DNA of 52,348 nucleotides from a virus (lineage: Duplodnaviria; Caudoviricetes), in IMG/VR virus record IMGVR_UViG_3300044715_001249, positions 1 through 52,348 of that record, one strand, 5' to 3'. Made by a program: the position numbers and the translations under genes. Below are positions 26,635-36,875 of this stretch, piece after piece. The notes below the pieces were generated by a model, which searched no databases, was not told where the DNA came from, and worked only from the letters and a program-made list of their open reading frames with translations. Every line of letters begins with the position of its first letter. Positions within the stretch are counted from its first letter, which is position 1.

Positions 26635-27005
26635 GCGATCACCGTGCTTTCGACCGTAGTCTCGGTCCCGTCCGACACGCGGATCACGACCGAATACGAG
26701 AGCGTGCCGTTGTCGAGGATGTACTGCGGCGCGCCCACGATCTCGACCACGCCCTCGACGCTGAGGATCGTCTGCGAGAGCAGCCCGGCGATCCCGGGCA
26801 GCGGCTCGAACCCGAAGATCCCATCGAGGTACGGGAGCCCGGCGCCGCGATCGTAGCGGCTTTCGCCGCGCCAGGTCATGAGCCGGTAGACGACCCGCTG
26901 AGCGACCTCGGCGGCAAGCGAGACGTCGGACACCAGCACCGCATCGCCGTCGACGAGCGTCAGATCCCACACCCCGGTCGTCGCGTCGATCTGCAGGTCG
27001 CTCAC
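26631..27005 (-). CDS. Baseplate wedge / sheath initiator (gp25-like)
   Basis: VAQRVVYRLMTWRGE...GLPY...ILSVEGV; start GTG 27005. Confidence 0.72.
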   Translation of the reverse strand: MSDLQIDATTGVWDLTLVDGDAVLVSDVSLAAEVAQRVVYRLMTWRGESRYDRGAGLPYLDGIFGFEPLPGIAGLLSQTILSVEGVVEIVGAPQYILDNGTLSYSVVIRVSDGTETTVESTVIA

Positions 27006-27688
27006 TGGATCAGCACCTTGACCGAGAGTGTAGCAGCGATCGCCGCAGCAAACGCCGTGTTGGCGGCCTGCAGCGCCGTGGCGAACGCGGGCGCGCCGGG
27101 GGCGAGCCCGGCCCATGTCGAGGCCGCCGTCGACACCGCTGTCAAGTAGGTGGCGAGCGCAGCCGCAAACGCGGTGCCGAGGATCGCGGGCTGCGCTGCC
27201 GCGGCCCCGAGCTTGACGAGCGTGCCCTCGACGACGGTGCCGGTCGGGTCGACGGGCGCGACCGTGGGCCCGATCGGACACGGCAGAAACAAGCCATCGC
27301 CGAGCGAGTGTGTACGCCCGTTGATCGGATCGTCGGGCGCGCCCGTGAGCAAGAACCGGGCAAGGCATCGATCGGCGAACACGACGAGCCCGGTCGAGCC
27401 GGGCAGGATCGGCGTGGTGACGTACGACAGCGGCCCGCCCATCATGAGCACGGGGACCTGCGGGCACACGATCGGCGCCTGCGGGATCTCCTCGTCTTCG
27501 ACGTAGATCACCGGCAAGAACGCGAGCATGACATCGGCGCGGCGCGTGATCGGGTCGAAGCTGAGCACGGTCGCGGGCGCCGACACGCGCAGGTCGAGCT
27601 CGAGGGCGCGGCGCTCGAGGGCGAGCAGGTCGCCGAGCTGCGCGACGGGACTCGCGCCGTCGACCTTGTCCTTGGCGTCTGTGGTCAC
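27002..27688 (-). CDS. Baseplate central spike (Gp138-like N-terminus)
   Basis: PATVLSFD, VPV..MGG, GLVVFADRC, RTHSLGDG. Confidence 0.82.
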   Translation of the reverse strand: MTTDAKDKVDGASPVAQLGDLLALERRALELDLRVSAPATVLSFDPITRRADVMLAFLPVIYVEDEEIPQAPIVCPQVPVLMMGGPLSYVTTPILPGSTGLVVFADRCLARFLLTGAPDDPINGRTHSLGDGLFLPCPIGPTVAPVDPTGTVVEGTLVKLGAAAAQPAILGTAFAAALATYLTAVSTAASTWAGLAPGAPAFATALQAANTAFAAAIAATLSVKVLIQ

Positions 27689-28605
27689 AGGATCCTCCGT
27701 AGCACGAGATCGGCGCGCGCTGGCGCCCCGCTCTCGGTGTCGAGCTCGTACTCGCCCGATTCGATGCGGAAGGGCTCGGGCACGCCCGGCGCGACGCGCC
27801 CGACGAGCGAGACCTGCCGCCCGGGCGCGAGGTTCGGATCGAGGAACGTCGCCACCTTGACCACGCCGCCCGCGTCCTCGGCGGGTTCGCTGAGCCAGTG
27901 CGTACGCGGCAGCACGATCGCGAGCCCGTCGACCGGGAGCTTGCGCTTGGCCATGAACAGCTGCGAATCACGGATCCACCATCGCGCGCCGATGATCCGC
28001 GCGGCCTCGTCGAGCAAGTCGCGAGCCTTGCCGATGCGGACCGCCGTGTAGAACAGCGTTAGCGCGGCCGGGTTCATGGTCGCGATCGCAGCCGCGACGC
28101 TCGGGTGCGGCACGATCGGGATCAACGGCGGGGCGGCCGGGGGCACGTAGGCGGCGGGCGAGTTGATGCACGCAAGGGCGATCGTCACCATCGTGGACGC
28201 GTCGACGCCGGCCGAGCTCGTGAACTGGGCCGGGATCGCAGCGTCGGCGATCGCGTCGCCGCCGTCATCGGCCGTCGCGGTCGTGATCCAGTCGGCGCCG
28301 TCGAGGGTCGACGACAACGACCGGACATCGCCAAGGAACATCTTGATCGTGATGCCCGAGTAGCCCGAGAGGATCAGCAGCTCGGCGCGCCCGAGCTCGC
28401 TCCAGATCGTTTGCATGGCGAGGCGCCGCGGGAGATCGAGCCCGTAGATCGCGATGCTCGCCGAGTCGGGCGTCGACGTCATCGTACGCGTGACGCGAAA
28501 CGCGACGCGAGGCGACGGCGGCCCGGGCAGACCGAGCGACACGATCGGCTGACCCGCAAGCGTCACGTTCACCGCGGGCTTGAAGATCCGCGGGAAGGTG
28601 ATCAC
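27685..28605 (-). CDS. Baseplate hub protein
   Basis: FRVTRT..STPDSASIAIYGL, SGY, WWIRDSQL, LDPNLAPG; position upstream of the spike gene. Confidence 0.75.
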   Translation of the reverse strand: MITFPRIFKPAVNVTLAGQPIVSLGLPGPPSPRVAFRVTRTMTSTPDSASIAIYGLDLPRRLAMQTIWSELGRAELLILSGYSGITIKMFLGDVRSLSSTLDGADWITTATADDGGDAIADAAIPAQFTSSAGVDASTMVTIALACINSPAAYVPPAAPPLIPIVPHPSVAAAIATMNPAALTLFYTAVRIGKARDLLDEAARIIGARWWIRDSQLFMAKRKLPVDGLAIVLPRTHWLSEPAEDAGGVVKVATFLDPNLAPGRQVSLVGRVAPGVPEPFRIESGEYELDTESGAPARADLVLRRIL

Positions 28606-28647
28606 GCATTGCCCTCGGTGAATGTCGAAACGGTCATGACGGGTCCT

Positions 28648-30246
28648 TCAGGCGACGGTGTCTGCTGGGATCACCAGCACGAGGTAGGCGGCGGGGTGGT
28701 TCGTGTTGGTCGCAACGAAGCCGCCGTTCGTCGCGATCGGGCTCGCGACTGCGACGGTGGGGTCGGTCGTGTGGACGTTGCCGCCGGTGCCGTCGCCGTT
28801 CACCGAGCGGAAAATCTCATACTCGCTCGCGGCCTCGAAGTCCGACGGGTTGTCGTCGGGTGACGCGTCGTCGAAATCGGCGTTGAACGCGAAGCGGAAG
28901 TTAACCGTACCGGCGTTGTTCCGCACGCCCCACCACAGCACCGCGCTTGCGTCGACGGCGACGTCGCCGGCGTTGACCTCGACCCATGCATCGGTCGCGC
29001 TGCCGGAGCCGACCGCTTCCCACAGCACCGTCGCGCCGACGGCGTCGCCGACGCTCCCGCCCTGCGCCACGAACAGCCGCAGCTGCGACGTGTGTGTGTC
29101 GCCGTACCCGAGCGCGTGCGAGCGTAGGCGGAGGCCGAGCACGTCGGGCGGGGTCTGCCCCATGAACAAGTCGGCGCCGCCGGCATCGGGAATGATCAAC
29201 GCCGACTGCTGCGCAAGGGTCGTCGGCACGGGGATCTGCGTGCCCCATCGCGTCGACCATTCAGCCGACGTTCCGCCGGTGTCGACGTACTCGATCCCGA
29301 GCATCGGCGGCGACGTAAACGTGCCGGTGTTCGTCACGCCCGACAGCGACGACGGCCACGCGACGGACGGGTCGGGATCGACGCCGGTCGTGTACACCTC
29401 GAGGATGTCCACGAAGTCCATGCCGGTCGACCCGGCGACGCGGTATCCCGGGGCTGCGACGCCGCCCTCGCCCTTGAGTACGCAACGGTACACCGTCGCG
29501 CTCGTCATCGTGAACACCTGCGACGGCGTCAGCTGGATCGTCACCCATCCCGTCGAGCCGGTCGGGATCACGACCTCGGCGCGCAGCGTCGTCGCGGCGT
29601 AGTCGCCTCGCGTCGTGCTGCCGCCGGTGTAGATCGCGGCGCGCATGTTCGCGCCGGTCGTGTCGACGTACACGCGGATCGACTTGACGATCACCGTCCG
29701 CCCTGACGGGCTCACGCCGATGCCGCCGACGCCCTCGGAGATCACCGCGCCGGTGAAGCTCGTGGTCTGTCGACGACAGCCGAGGATCCCGCGCGCGCTG
29801 TTCCACACGCCGCCGACCGTGCATGTTCCGATCGCCCCGGTCACCGCGACGTCACCGCCGCTCGGCGTCGCCGTGTGCGGCGTCGCGGCCTCGATGGCCG
29901 TCGCGATCGCAGTGGCGCGCTGCGCCGCGGTGCGGTCGCCAGCCGGGTGCTGCACCTCGATGCCGGTGTAGCCCGAGAGCCCGGCGACGTAGGTGCCTGG
30001 GTCGACGCCGACGTAGCGGCCCGTGCCGTCGTCGTGCGACTCCCAGACGTAGTAGTCGGTGCCGGCGCCATCGTCGGGGATCGCGAGGTAGTTGCCCCAT
30101 CGCGTCGTGCCGTAGAGCCCCTGCCATGCACCCGCGGCTCGCGTGTGCCATGAAATCGGCTGCAGCGTGAACGTGGCCGAGGGCGCGGGCGGGCCCGACG
30201 GACCACGCGCGCCGGCGATGCTCGCGATCTGTTGGATCCGTCGCAT
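28648..30246 (-). CDS. 532-aa Thr/Gly-rich, beta-rich putative virion surface protein
   Basis: Within the baseplate cluster; composition typical of beta-sandwich structural proteins. Confidence 0.55.
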   Translation of the reverse strand: MRRIQQIASIAGARGPSGPPAPSATFTLQPISWHTRAAGAWQGLYGTTRWGNYLAIPDDGAGTDYYVWESHDDGTGRYVGVDPGTYVAGLSGYTGIEVQHPAGDRTAAQRATAIATAIEAATPHTATPSGGDVAVTGAIGTCTVGGVWNSARGILGCRRQTTSFTGAVISEGVGGIGVSPSGRTVIVKSIRVYVDTTGANMRAAIYTGGSTTRGDYAATTLRAEVVIPTGSTGWVTIQLTPSQVFTMTSATVYRCVLKGEGGVAAPGYRVAGSTGMDFVDILEVYTTGVDPDPSVAWPSSLSGVTNTGTFTSPPMLGIEYVDTGGTSAEWSTRWGTQIPVPTTLAQQSALIIPDAGGADLFMGQTPPDVLGLRLRSHALGYGDTHTSQLRLFVAQGGSVGDAVGATVLWEAVGSGSATDAWVEVNAGDVAVDASAVLWWGVRNNAGTVNFRFAFNADFDDASPDDNPSDFEAASEYEIFRSVNGDGTGGNVHTTDPTVAVASPIATNGGFVATNTNHPAAYLVLVIPADTVA

Positions 30247-30249
30247 GGG

Positions 30250-30576
30250 TCAGAGCTGCGCGGTGATCGAGATCTCGAACGCGGACGCGGGCCCGGTGAG
30301 CCCCGCCCCGGCCTCGGTCGCGACCGCGATCCAGAGGTTCGATCCGCCGATGAACACCGGCAGCACGAGCGCCGTCACGGCGCCGATGAATGCCGAGAAG
30401 ATCGGCACTGCGGCGCCGTCGGGCGCGGTCGTGCCGGCGAGTGCGTACAGCTTGACGTACGCCCCCGCCGCCCCCGGGTTGTGCGCGAAGATCGTCTGTA
30501 CCTCGGCGACCGCGCCGAGGGCGATGCGTGACGGGGTTGCGCCCTGTGCGGCGAATCGGATTGGTGCTGCGCTCAT
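30250..30576 (-). CDS. Small putative virion protein
   Basis: NPGAAGAYVKLY pattern; in the structural operon. Confidence 0.55.
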   Translation of the reverse strand: MSAAPIRFAAQGATPSRIALGAVAEVQTIFAHNPGAAGAYVKLYALAGTTAPDGAAVPIFSAFIGAVTALVLPVFIGGSNLWIAVATEAGAGLTGPASAFEISITAQL

Positions 30577-30920
30577 GAGTCGGCCCTTCGGTAGTAGAGC
30601 ACGGCGGCGAGATCCACGGTAGTGGCCGTCGGCGGCTCGCGATCGAGTGAATACACGAACAGCTGCCCGGGCGGGACGCGCGGGTCATGCTTCGCCCCGA
30701 GCAGCAGGTCGATGCCGGGGACCATCGTCACGGGCCCGAAGATCTGCGCGCCGTCGAGGGCGAGCACCCACAGCCGCCAGCGATCGTCGATCGCCGCGTA
30801 CCGGCACCGCAGCCCGAGCCGCAGCCCGTCGAGGTCGACGAACTGGATCCGGTCGCGATCCGCGTCCGCCCCCTTGACGTAGATCCGGGTGAGGGTTTCG
30901 CTAGCCAAGGCCGCCCCCAA
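30573..30920 (-). CDS. Putative baseplate plug/adaptor protein (start uncertain, 30920 or 30908)
   Basis: VDLDG...RY....DRW.L...GIDLL...PGQLFV...LYY; position after the Dit-like gene. Confidence 0.65.
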   Translation of the reverse strand: MGAALASETLTRIYVKGADADRDRIQFVDLDGLRLGLRCRYAAIDDRWRLWVLALDGAQIFGPVTMVPGIDLLLGAKHDPRVPPGQLFVYSLDREPPTATTVDLAAVLYYRRADS

Positions 30921-31521
30921 CGTCTGCCACGACGCTCGCGGCGGGCTGCGCTCCGGCGTTGCTTGTGGTCGCCGAGCCGGCGAGCATGGCGTCGAGGTCG
31001 AGCGCGCCCGCGACCGAGAGCGGCGACACGATGCGCAGCTCCTGGAACGTGATCGAGAGCTCGACCTTGTTCGAGCCGGGGTGTGTCTCGGTCATCGACG
31101 TGATCGCCATCGTCGGAAAGATGCGCCACGGGAGCACGAGCAGCACGGGCTCGCGCACGTCGATGAACCGCCGCAGCTTGGCGAGCTCGAGCAAGTCGCG
31201 GCGGATGATCGAGCCGAACCCGCCGAGCTGCGAGGCGATCAGCCCGAGCGGCGTCGCCGACAGCGTGCCGGTGACGGTCACGAGCTCGGGCCCTAGTTGG
31301 ATGTTGTCGGCGACCGAGCGCTCGATGGGGGACCGCGCGACCGTGATCGTCCGCGTCGCGCTCGAGCTCTTGAGCAAGTCGAGGCGCGCGCGGTTCGGCA
31401 GCGGCACCGCGATGTCCGTCAGGATGAACGCCGCCACGCCGGCGGCACCCGTGACCGGATCGAGCACGAAGATCGACGCGGTGCCGGGGCGGCGCAGCGT
31501 GCCGAGGTTGACCGCTACCAT
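30901..31521 (-). CDS. Tail tube initiator / Dit-like baseplate protein
   Basis: SPIERSVADNI, VTGTLS, MAITS, ITFQELRIV; directly after the tape measure gene. Confidence 0.7.
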   Translation of the reverse strand: MVAVNLGTLRRPGTASIFVLDPVTGAAGVAAFILTDIAVPLPNRARLDLLKSSSATRTITVARSPIERSVADNIQLGPELVTVTGTLSATPLGLIASQLGGFGSIIRRDLLELAKLRRFIDVREPVLLVLPWRIFPTMAITSMTETHPGSNKVELSITFQELRIVSPLSVAGALDLDAMLAGSATTSNAGAQPAASVVADVGGGLG

Positions 31522-31525
31522 GGCA

Positions 31526-33334
31526 TCACCGAGCGAAGTTGACCTTGGCCGTGCGCGTGGCCGCGGCGATCGAGCCTTGAAAATAGTCGCGGATCGCCCG
31601 GCCCGAGAGGTCACCGACCGTTGCCGGATCGCCCGCGCCGTCGATCGACTGCGCGATGTCGAAGTTGAACGTATTCGTGATGTTCGAGATCAAGACCTGC
31701 GGCTCGGCACCGCGGGCGATGCTCGACAACGCCACGTCGGGCACGTTCTCGTCGCCGAAGATCTGCGAGAGCAGCGGATCGGTTTGCTTCTTGACCGTGA
31801 GGTCGACGCCCGCACTCGACCCGAGGCGCGACAGCGCCGCGTTGCGAGCGATGAACGGCGTATCACCGGACGCGACCGAAGACGCGCCCGCCTTGATCGC
31901 GGCATCGACCGCGGCCGGGCCGACGCCGAAGCGATCGGCGAGGCGCCGCAGCTCGTCCCCGTATTGGTCGTCGAACTCGAACTCGCCCGCGCCGATGTCC
32001 TCGGCGAAGCCCGAGCCCTTGCCCCCGCCGCGCTTCTTGCGGAACTTGGCGCCGCTGTCGAGCTGCGCCTGCGCGTTGCGCTTCTTGGCCCGGTCGGCGA
32101 TCGCTGCCGATTCCGCGGCGGTGCGGCCGACCGTGTTCGCCGCGAGCTCGGTCGCGTCCGCGGTCGTCTTCTTGCTCGCCGCCGCGCGGGCGCGGCCCTT
32201 GGCCTCGAGCGCCGCGAGCTCGCGATCGATCTGCCCGACCGGGTCGATCCCGGTGTCGGTGATCGAGCCGTCGAGGATCCCGGCGCGCCGCGCCGTGAGC
32301 TCGTTTCGCCGCGCACTGTCCTCGGCCCCGAGCAAGGCCGGGGCCCCGCGCGTGCCCGACGTGCCGCGGTTCGACAACCCGGCGAGGGCGTCGCTCAGAC
32401 CGAGCGCGGTGTCGAGGACCGACCCGAGGGCGAACCCTAGCCCGCCGACGACGGCGACCAGCCCCGCCACGCCCGCCACAGAGCCGGCCGCGGCGAGGCC
32501 GACCGAGGTCAGCCCGGTGGCGACGGCGCCGAGCTTGAGCCCGACGAACGCGACGCCCAAGGCCCCGACCGCGGGCAAGAAGTCGCGCCAGTTCTCGGCG
32601 AGTTTCTGCACGACGGGAATCAGCTCGATCCCGATGTCGCGAGCGAACGCCACAACCTGCATCTTGAGCTTGCCGACCTGGTCGTCGAACTCGGCCGCGG
32701 CCGCGATCGCGTCCTCGCGCAGCACGAGCCCCGAGCGCTCGGCCTCGTCGCCCATCGCCTTGAGCCCCGCCGCGCCGTCGGCGAGCGCCGGCAGCAGCTC
32801 GAGGCCGCCGCGCCCGAGCAGGTCGAGCGCGAGCGCGGTGCGGGTTGCGGGGTCGTCGACCTGGCTGATCCCGTCGGCGAGGATCCCGAGCTGCTGCTCG
32901 GCGCTCTTGCCGTTCAACGACTCGATCGAGATCCCGAGCTTGGCGAACGCCTCCGCGGCGGGGCCGGTGCCCTTGCGCGCATCGTCGATCTGCTTGTTCA
33001 GCACCTTGATCGCGGTACCGAGCGCCTCGGGCCCGGACCCCGCTTGCGTCGCCGCGAAGCTCAGGCGCTGCAGCTCGGTCGTGCCGATGCCGAGGCGCCG
33101 ACTCATGTCGTCGATGTTCGCGGCCGACGCGGCCGACCGCTCGACGAGCGCGAGCAATCCGCCCGCGGCCCCAAGCGCGGCCTTGCCGACGCCCGCGATC
33201 ACGCCGCCGAACTTCTGCCACGCGGCGGCGCTGCGCTCGGCCGCTTCCTTGGCCGTTTTCTCGGCCTCGGTCACCTCGCGCGTGTCGGCCTTGAACGTCA
33301 GCGCCGCGATGAACTCTGCGATCACGTCGGCCAT
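31526..33334 (-). CDS. Tail tape measure protein
   Basis: Ala-rich helical protein (IDDMSRRLGIGTTELQRL, LLGRGGLELLP); canonical position. Confidence 0.88.
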   Translation of the reverse strand: MADVIAEFIAALTFKADTREVTEAEKTAKEAAERSAAAWQKFGGVIAGVGKAALGAAGGLLALVERSAASAANIDDMSRRLGIGTTELQRLSFAATQAGSGPEALGTAIKVLNKQIDDARKGTGPAAEAFAKLGISIESLNGKSAEQQLGILADGISQVDDPATRTALALDLLGRGGLELLPALADGAAGLKAMGDEAERSGLVLREDAIAAAAEFDDQVGKLKMQVVAFARDIGIELIPVVQKLAENWRDFLPAVGALGVAFVGLKLGAVATGLTSVGLAAAGSVAGVAGLVAVVGGLGFALGSVLDTALGLSDALAGLSNRGTSGTRGAPALLGAEDSARRNELTARRAGILDGSITDTGIDPVGQIDRELAALEAKGRARAAASKKTTADATELAANTVGRTAAESAAIADRAKKRNAQAQLDSGAKFRKKRGGGKGSGFAEDIGAGEFEFDDQYGDELRRLADRFGVGPAAVDAAIKAGASSVASGDTPFIARNAALSRLGSSAGVDLTVKKQTDPLLSQIFGDENVPDVALSSIARGAEPQVLISNITNTFNFDIAQSIDGAGDPATVGDLSGRAIRDYFQGSIAAATRTAKVNFAR

Positions 33335-33627
33335 TACCGGGCCCTCCCGCGCTTCTTGTGCTGCTGCGGTGCGGCCTCGGCGTTCGCCTGCGCCGCGTCA
33401 CGCCACGACCGCGAGACCACGTCGACCTCGGCGAGATCGTAGGCGTCGTCGAGCGAGAGCGTCGTGGCCAGGGCGTAGAACATCGCGACGTCGGGGCCCC
33501 CGTCGGGGCGGATGCAGAGGTTGCCGATCAGCGGCGGGAGGTTGGCGAAGCCGATGCCCTTGTTCGACCCCTTACCGGCCTTGCTCTGCGGCTCCCACTC
33601 GGCTAGTGGGAGCCGAAGGTAGGGCCC
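33334..33627 (-). CDS. Tail assembly chaperone, -1 frame segment (gpT-like)
   Basis: Open frame with no suitable start codon; overlaps the end of the upstream chaperone in the -1 frame; LSLDDAYDLAEV. Confidence 0.6.
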   Translation of the reverse strand, partial: GPYLRLPLAEWEPQSKAGKGSNKGIGFANLPPLIGNLCIRPDGGPDVAMFYALATTLSLDDAYDLAEVDVVSRSWRDAAQANAEAAPQQHKKRGRAR

Positions 33628-34091
33628 CGGAAGTTGTGCGCGAGCACGAGCGCGCAGACCTTGAGCAAGTGCAGGTAGTCGCCTGCGAAGTGGCTGTCGA
33701 ATCGGTCGGGCGTGAACTTGCCCTCGCCGCCGTCGCGCAGCGCCCCGCACTGCGTGTTCGCGAGCAGCTCGAGCACGAGCGGCACGAGGCCATCGCGCAG
33801 CGCTCGATCGGCGGTGGCGACGAGCGCCGCGGCGAGCCGGTCGACCGACAAGCCCTCGCCCTCGCCGGTGGCGACAAGCCGCAGCATGCCCGCGCCGAGC
33901 AGCGTGGTGATCCGCGGCAAGAGCTCAAGCCCGACGCGCGCGGGCAGCTTCGTCGACGTGTACATCACGCCGTCGAGCTTGTGCTGCACCGTGCTCGGCT
34001 TGAGGTCGACGGCGCGCAGGTCGGCCGCGAACGCGAGCAACGCCTTCGCGTAGATCTCAGCCGCGGTCGGGTCTTTTGCCTCGGTGCTCAT
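33603..34091 (-). CDS. Tail assembly chaperone (gpG-like)
   Basis: Between tube and tape measure; FDSHFAGDY...LAHNF; ATG 34091 with GGAGG RBS. Confidence 0.75.
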   Translation of the reverse strand: MSTEAKDPTAAEIYAKALLAFAADLRAVDLKPSTVQHKLDGVMYTSTKLPARVGLELLPRITTLLGAGMLRLVATGEGEGLSVDRLAAALVATADRALRDGLVPLVLELLANTQCGALRDGGEGKFTPDRFDSHFAGDYLHLLKVCALVLAHNFRGPTFGSH

Positions 34092-34546
34092 GCGAGATCG
34101 TGGCCTCCGAGCACCGGCCGAATCGCGGCGCACTCCCACGTCCACGTCCGCGATCCGCGTTCGCTGCCGAACGAGAAGTCTGGGATGTCGACGAGGAACG
34201 CGCCATCGCATTCGACGATGGTGTTTCCGTTGAGGTCGCGCAACACGAGAGCGCCCACGACGTTCTCGCTGATCGCATCGGCCGCAGCCGCCGCGCTCAG
34301 CTTGGTGTTCGTCGGGCTCGACGCGCTCAGCGTGACGCGGATTCGTCCGCCACCGTTGTAGTTGCGGACGCGCGTGGCGTTGCCCGCGAGATCGACCTCG
34401 CGGGTCCACGCGTCCGAGTCGGTCTCGATCACCGCGAAATCGCCGGTGCTGACGGCGCCCTCGAGGATGTCGATCGTCCCGGGCGGGATCGGGATGACCC
34501 AGGTCCCAACGACCTTGAGCGGGGAGTATTGCCGGAGCTCAGCCAT
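34088..34546 (-). CDS. Tail tube protein (DUF3277-like)
   Basis: YSPLKV, GGRIRVTLSASSPTN.KLS, RTWTWEC; follows the sheath gene. Confidence 0.82.
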   Translation of the reverse strand: MAELRQYSPLKVVGTWVIPIPPGTIDILEGAVSTGDFAVIETDSDAWTREVDLAGNATRVRNYNGGGRIRVTLSASSPTNTKLSAAAAADAISENVVGALVLRDLNGNTIVECDGAFLVDIPDFSFGSERGSRTWTWECAAIRPVLGGHDLA

Positions 34547-34556
34547 GGGTGGTCCT

Positions 34557-36002
34557 TTACTGGCGCGCCTCGATGGCGAGCGCGACGGCTTCGATCGAGG
34601 ATCGCAGGTAGACGAGTCCGGTCGCGCTCAAGGTCCGCGCCTGTCGCTGGGTCGTGGTGGTCTCGGCGAGCTGTGGTACGTCGAGGTACGGCGTTTTCGT
34701 CCCCTCGAGATCCTCGCCCTCGGGTACGACGAAGTCGACGAGGTGACCGGCCGAAACGCCGATCTGCAGCACGCCGGCCCACGCGGTGTAATAGCGATTG
34801 ATGCCCGCGTCGGTAAACGGCACGTCTTGCGGATCGCGGAGGTTGACGTTGATCGTCGCTTCCTCGAGCCGCGCGCGCAGCCAGTCGAGCGACGTCGTGA
34901 TGTCGATGCGCCGGCCCGCTGCGGCCGCACCGCTCGGCATCCACCCCTGGACGGTGAACGCCTGCACCGCGACGCCGCTCGACATGACCGCGGGCGCGAA
35001 ATAGTTCACGTTCTTGGCGCGCAGCGCCGTGACCTGCACGTCGGTCAAGTTGTCGCCCGAGATCCCGGCCACGCGCTTGAACGACCATCCGCCCTTCTGC
35101 GTGTCGAGGTCGAAGCTCAGGCACCGCGACGTCCAAGCGGCATCGAGGTACTCGGAATCGCTGGCGTGGTAGATCAACGCGGTGCGGGTGTACTGCAACC
35201 GGAACAGCGTATCGCCGATCGCCGCGTCGGTCGTCGTGACCGTGAGGTCGGCCGTACTCGCGACGGCGGTGCCACTCGCGACGACGGTGCCGCTCGCGAG
35301 CCCGGGCAGGATGCGAAACGTGACCGTCGCCCCCGTGCCGCCGGGCGCAGCCGCGAGCACGCCCGCGAGGTTCGTGCCGAACTGGGTCGTGAGCTGCGTA
35401 CGGAAGGCGTCGCCGACGAGGGCGAGCGTCGCGGGCGTACCCGCGGTGCGCGTGGTCGTGACGGTGACCGGCGCGCCGAGCCCGAAGCCCGTGAACGTGA
35501 GGATATAGGTACCGTCGGCGACGGTGCCCTCGAACAGCGCCGAGAAGCTCGGGCCCTCGTTCGCGAGCAGCGACGCGTCATTGCTCTGCGCGATCGCGAT
35601 CTTGGGGAAGCTCGCGGCCTCGACCCACGCCGCCAGCGCTGCGATGTCGGCCGCGGTGCGGCTCTCGATGTTGATCGCGTACCACGCCCCAGGATCGACC
35701 GCGAGGATCGCGTCGAGGCTCGCGGCGAGGTTCGCGTCACCGACGTCGCGCCGGCCGATGTAGACCGACCGCACACGCGGCTGCTGCGAGAACACGGCCG
35801 TCGCCCACGCGTACTCGGCGGTCGTGCTGACGAAGCCCGCCGTGACCATCGCGGCGAGCGAGGTGTAGGGGCCGTCGAGCCGGTTCGCCGTGACGGTGTG
35901 ATCGGAGACGAAGATCGGCGTGCCGAAGCCCGCGGGCGCGGTGCCCTGGCCCTCGAGCAAGACCGAGATCGTGACGTAGTTGCTGATGGACTGGGACGGC
36001 AT
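34557..36002 (-). CDS. Tail sheath protein (DUF3383-like)
   Basis: GFGTP, EYAWATAVFSQQP, WSFKRVAG, NVNYF, IDITTSLDWL, VPFTDAGI. Confidence 0.88.
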   Translation of the reverse strand: MPSQSISNYVTISVLLEGQGTAPAGFGTPIFVSDHTVTANRLDGPYTSLAAMVTAGFVSTTAEYAWATAVFSQQPRVRSVYIGRRDVGDANLAASLDAILAVDPGAWYAINIESRTAADIAALAAWVEAASFPKIAIAQSNDASLLANEGPSFSALFEGTVADGTYILTFTGFGLGAPVTVTTTRTAGTPATLALVGDAFRTQLTTQFGTNLAGVLAAAPGGTGATVTFRILPGLASGTVVASGTAVASTADLTVTTTDAAIGDTLFRLQYTRTALIYHASDSEYLDAAWTSRCLSFDLDTQKGGWSFKRVAGISGDNLTDVQVTALRAKNVNYFAPAVMSSGVAVQAFTVQGWMPSGAAAAGRRIDITTSLDWLRARLEEATINVNLRDPQDVPFTDAGINRYYTAWAGVLQIGVSAGHLVDFVVPEGEDLEGTKTPYLDVPQLAETTTTQRQARTLSATGLVYLRSSIEAVALAIEARQ

Positions 36003-36005
36003 GGA

Positions 36006-36875
36006 TCACCCCTCGGTGTCGACGTCAAGCGGAATCGTGATCGGTGCGGTCGTCGCCCCTCGTGCCTGCAGTGTAGCACGGGCGCGCGTAATCGCGCCGA
36101 CCGGCTCGACCGTGAGGCCAACCTGCGAGACGTACAGGGTCACGGCTGAACGGCTCTGCCAGGCCGGGCCCGAGAGCGCGTCGAGGCTCACCACGCGGCC
36201 CGGGGCGCCCGTCCACGCGAGGCCGTACCGCTCCATGATGGCCGTGGCGATCGGCAGGTTGCGGCGCCCGAGGATCTGCGCGAGCGCAGCGGGGGCACCG
36301 GCGCGCGGTGCGCGGTTCGTGCTGAACGCCTGCAGCTCGACCCACGCTCGGACGTCGACCGACTGCGCCAGCCCCGCCCCGGTCGTGAGGGTCGTGAGGG
36401 TCGCGAGACCCGGCGTGCTCTGCCGCACGCGCAGCTGATAGAGATCGCCGAGTTCGAGCGCCGCAATCGTGATTACGTTCGTCGAGCTCGCGGCGAACGT
36501 CGCGTCGACGAGCGAGCCCGGTGCGGCAGCGATCGCCGCGAGCAGCCCATCTCGCACGACCTCGACGTCGTCGAGCGCTTGGATCACGTACTCGAACCGG
36601 CGCCCGCTCGCGTGCAGGGCGATCGACTCGCCCACGGTCGCGGCGTTGATCGTCAGCGTCGCGGTCAACGGGAGCACGCACGGCACGGCCGCGGCCCCGC
36701 CCATCGGGTCATCGTCGGGACCGGCGAGCAAGCGGCACGCGACGATCAGGTCGGCCGCAGCCCCGCGCGGGAACTCGGACGGCGCCCATACCACGGTCGC
36801 GGCCGGCACGATCTCGCGGATCAGCGCGACGAGCCCGGCCTGTAGTCGTTCGATGTGGACGGCGCGCGTGGTCAC
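36006..36875 (-). CDS. Tail terminator / neck protein with inserted domain
   Basis: Position before the sheath gene; start GTG 36875 overlaps the previous stop. Confidence 0.6.
   Translation of the reverse strand: MTTRAVHIERLQAGLVALIREIVPAATVVWAPSEFPRGAAADLIVACRLLAGPDDDPMGGAAAVPCVLPLTATLTINAATVGESIALHASGRRFEYVIQALDDVEVVRDGLLAAIAAAPGSLVDATFAASSTNVITIAALELGDLYQLRVRQSTPGLATLTTLTTGAGLAQSVDVRAWVELQAFSTNRAPRAGAPAALAQILGRRNLPIATAIMERYGLAWTGAPGRVVSLDALSGPAWQSRSAVTLYVSQVGLTVEPVGAITRARATLQARGATTAPITIPLDVDTEG

Noticed and set aside
31656-34361. 901-aa plus-strand ORF, and similar long antisense ORFs (7765-9741, 5056-7098, 42227-43981)
   Set aside because: Shadow frames of real genes caused by high GC3; Ser/Arg/Ala-rich with no motifs.
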